DNA from: an uncultured Methanosarcinaceae archaeon
Lineage (GTDB): Archaea > Halobacteriota > Methanosarcinia > Methanosarcinales > Methanosarcinaceae
DNA: 64,000 nucleotides
NCBI GenBank assembly: GCA_963733675.1
Contig: CAVTET010000001.1
Location: 96,001-160,000, forward strand
Reading direction: 5' to 3'
Shown: positions 63,106 through 64,000 of the stretch, in pieces
Layout: every line of letters starts with the position of its first letter
Numbering within the stretch: position 1 is the stretch's first letter
Translations under genes and position numbers: made by a program
The notes under the pieces: model-generated
Database searches by the model: none
What the model saw: the letters and a program-made list of their open reading frames with translations, nothing else
Told to the model about the DNA's origin: nothing

Positions 63106-64000
63106 ATGACTCTCAGGGATACATTAGAACCGTTTTTTAACAAGTTACCTGCAGTAGCAAGTCCGGAAAAACATGTCCACTTTAAGACTAAACTCTGGTG
63201 GACTCTGGGAGTTCTGGTGCTATACTTTGCTTTGGCAAATGTGCCGCTCTTCGGGATGTCCAAGAATTCTGTTGACCTTTTTGAAACTTACCGTGCCGTT
63301 ATAGCAGGTGCTTCAGGGTCTTTGATTCTTCTCGGAATTGGGCCGATTGTCACTGCGTCGATTGTCCTGCAACTTCTTGTTGGAGCAGATATTATCAAAA
63401 TGGACCTGTCAGACCCAAAGGATCAGGCATTCTTCCAGGGAGCTCAAAAATTTCTTGTCTTAGTCATGATCATACTAGAAGCTCTGCCGCAGTTACTTGG
63501 TGGTTATCTTCAACCGGATCCAGTACTTGCTTCTGCTCTCGGTGTAGGCCTGGGAGTGATCACCCTAATACTCCTTGTTCAAATTTTCATTGGAGGTACA
63601 CTTGTTCTTTTAATGGATGAAGTAGTTTCCAAATGGGGTATTGGGTCAGGGGTCGGGCTCTTCATAGTTGCGGGGATTTCACAGCAGATCGTTACAGGGA
63701 TAGTTAACTGGCAGCCTGATCAGTCAGGGCTTCCAATAGGGTTAATTCCGAAATGGATCTACATAGCCCAAAATACTGGGGCAGATTATCTTTTTTCAGG
63801 TAGTGGCCTTGGTTATCTGCTTATCAATGGAGGAATTCTTGCACTCCTGAGCACAGTTCTTATTTTCCTGCTTGTAGTGCTTGTGGAAAGTACGAGAATA
63901 GAAATACCTCTTGCTCACAGTGGTGTAAGAGGAGCAAGGGGCCGTTTTCCTGTGAAGCTAATATACTCCTCGGTTCTGCCAATGATTCTTGTCAGGGCGC
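63106..64000 (+). CDS. secY: Preprotein translocase subunit SecY (runs off the window end)
   Basis: MTLRDTLEPFFNKLPAV..HVHFKTKLWWT, LGIGPIVTASIVLQLL, DEVVSKWGIGSG, FPVKLIY. Confidence 0.95.
   Translation, partial: MTLRDTLEPFFNKLPAVASPEKHVHFKTKLWWTLGVLVLYFALANVPLFGMSKNSVDLFETYRAVIAGASGSLILLGIGPIVTASIVLQLLVGADIIKMDLSDPKDQAFFQGAQKFLVLVMIILEALPQLLGGYLQPDPVLASALGVGLGVITLILLVQIFIGGTLVLLMDEVVSKWGIGSGVGLFIVAGISQQIVTGIVNWQPDQSGLPIGLIPKWIYIAQNTGADYLFSGSGLGYLLINGGILALLSTVLIFLLVVLVESTRIEIPLAHSGVRGARGRFPVKLIYSSVLPMILVRA

Overview
This is a low-GC archaeal window with Methanosarcina-like genes (mtd, archaeal mat, type II map, archaeal ribosomal proteins). The right end (51.4-64 kb) is the conserved rpl3-secY (S10/spc-like) operon, preceded by a long GC-rich, apparently structured non-coding leader. 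The middle holds housekeeping islands: XRE regulator/acyl-CoA synthetase, nfnAB/sudAB, mtd, map and an M24 peptidase, pilins, hisGAB and mat. The rest is heavily eroded accessory DNA with many pseudogenes, an intact IS6, two IS5 copies, a disrupted IS605 (tnpA/tnpB), remnants of IS200, IS66, IS630, ISNCY and IS5, and three families of small dispersed repeats. Four observations stand out. (1) Two paralogous small secreted proteins share a leader plus HGGHGGH but have unrelated low-complexity cores; one core is a His/Tyr/Gly-rich frame hidden behind a 1-nt frameshift. (2) An IS605 element inserted into the last codon of map, and its right end rebuilds the Lys and stop codons. (3) An AACTAT-N7/8-ATAGTT operator-like motif recurs, including as a tandem array. 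(4) The rpl3 leader is a candidate structured RNA. All calls are by eye from the sequence; no database searches were run.
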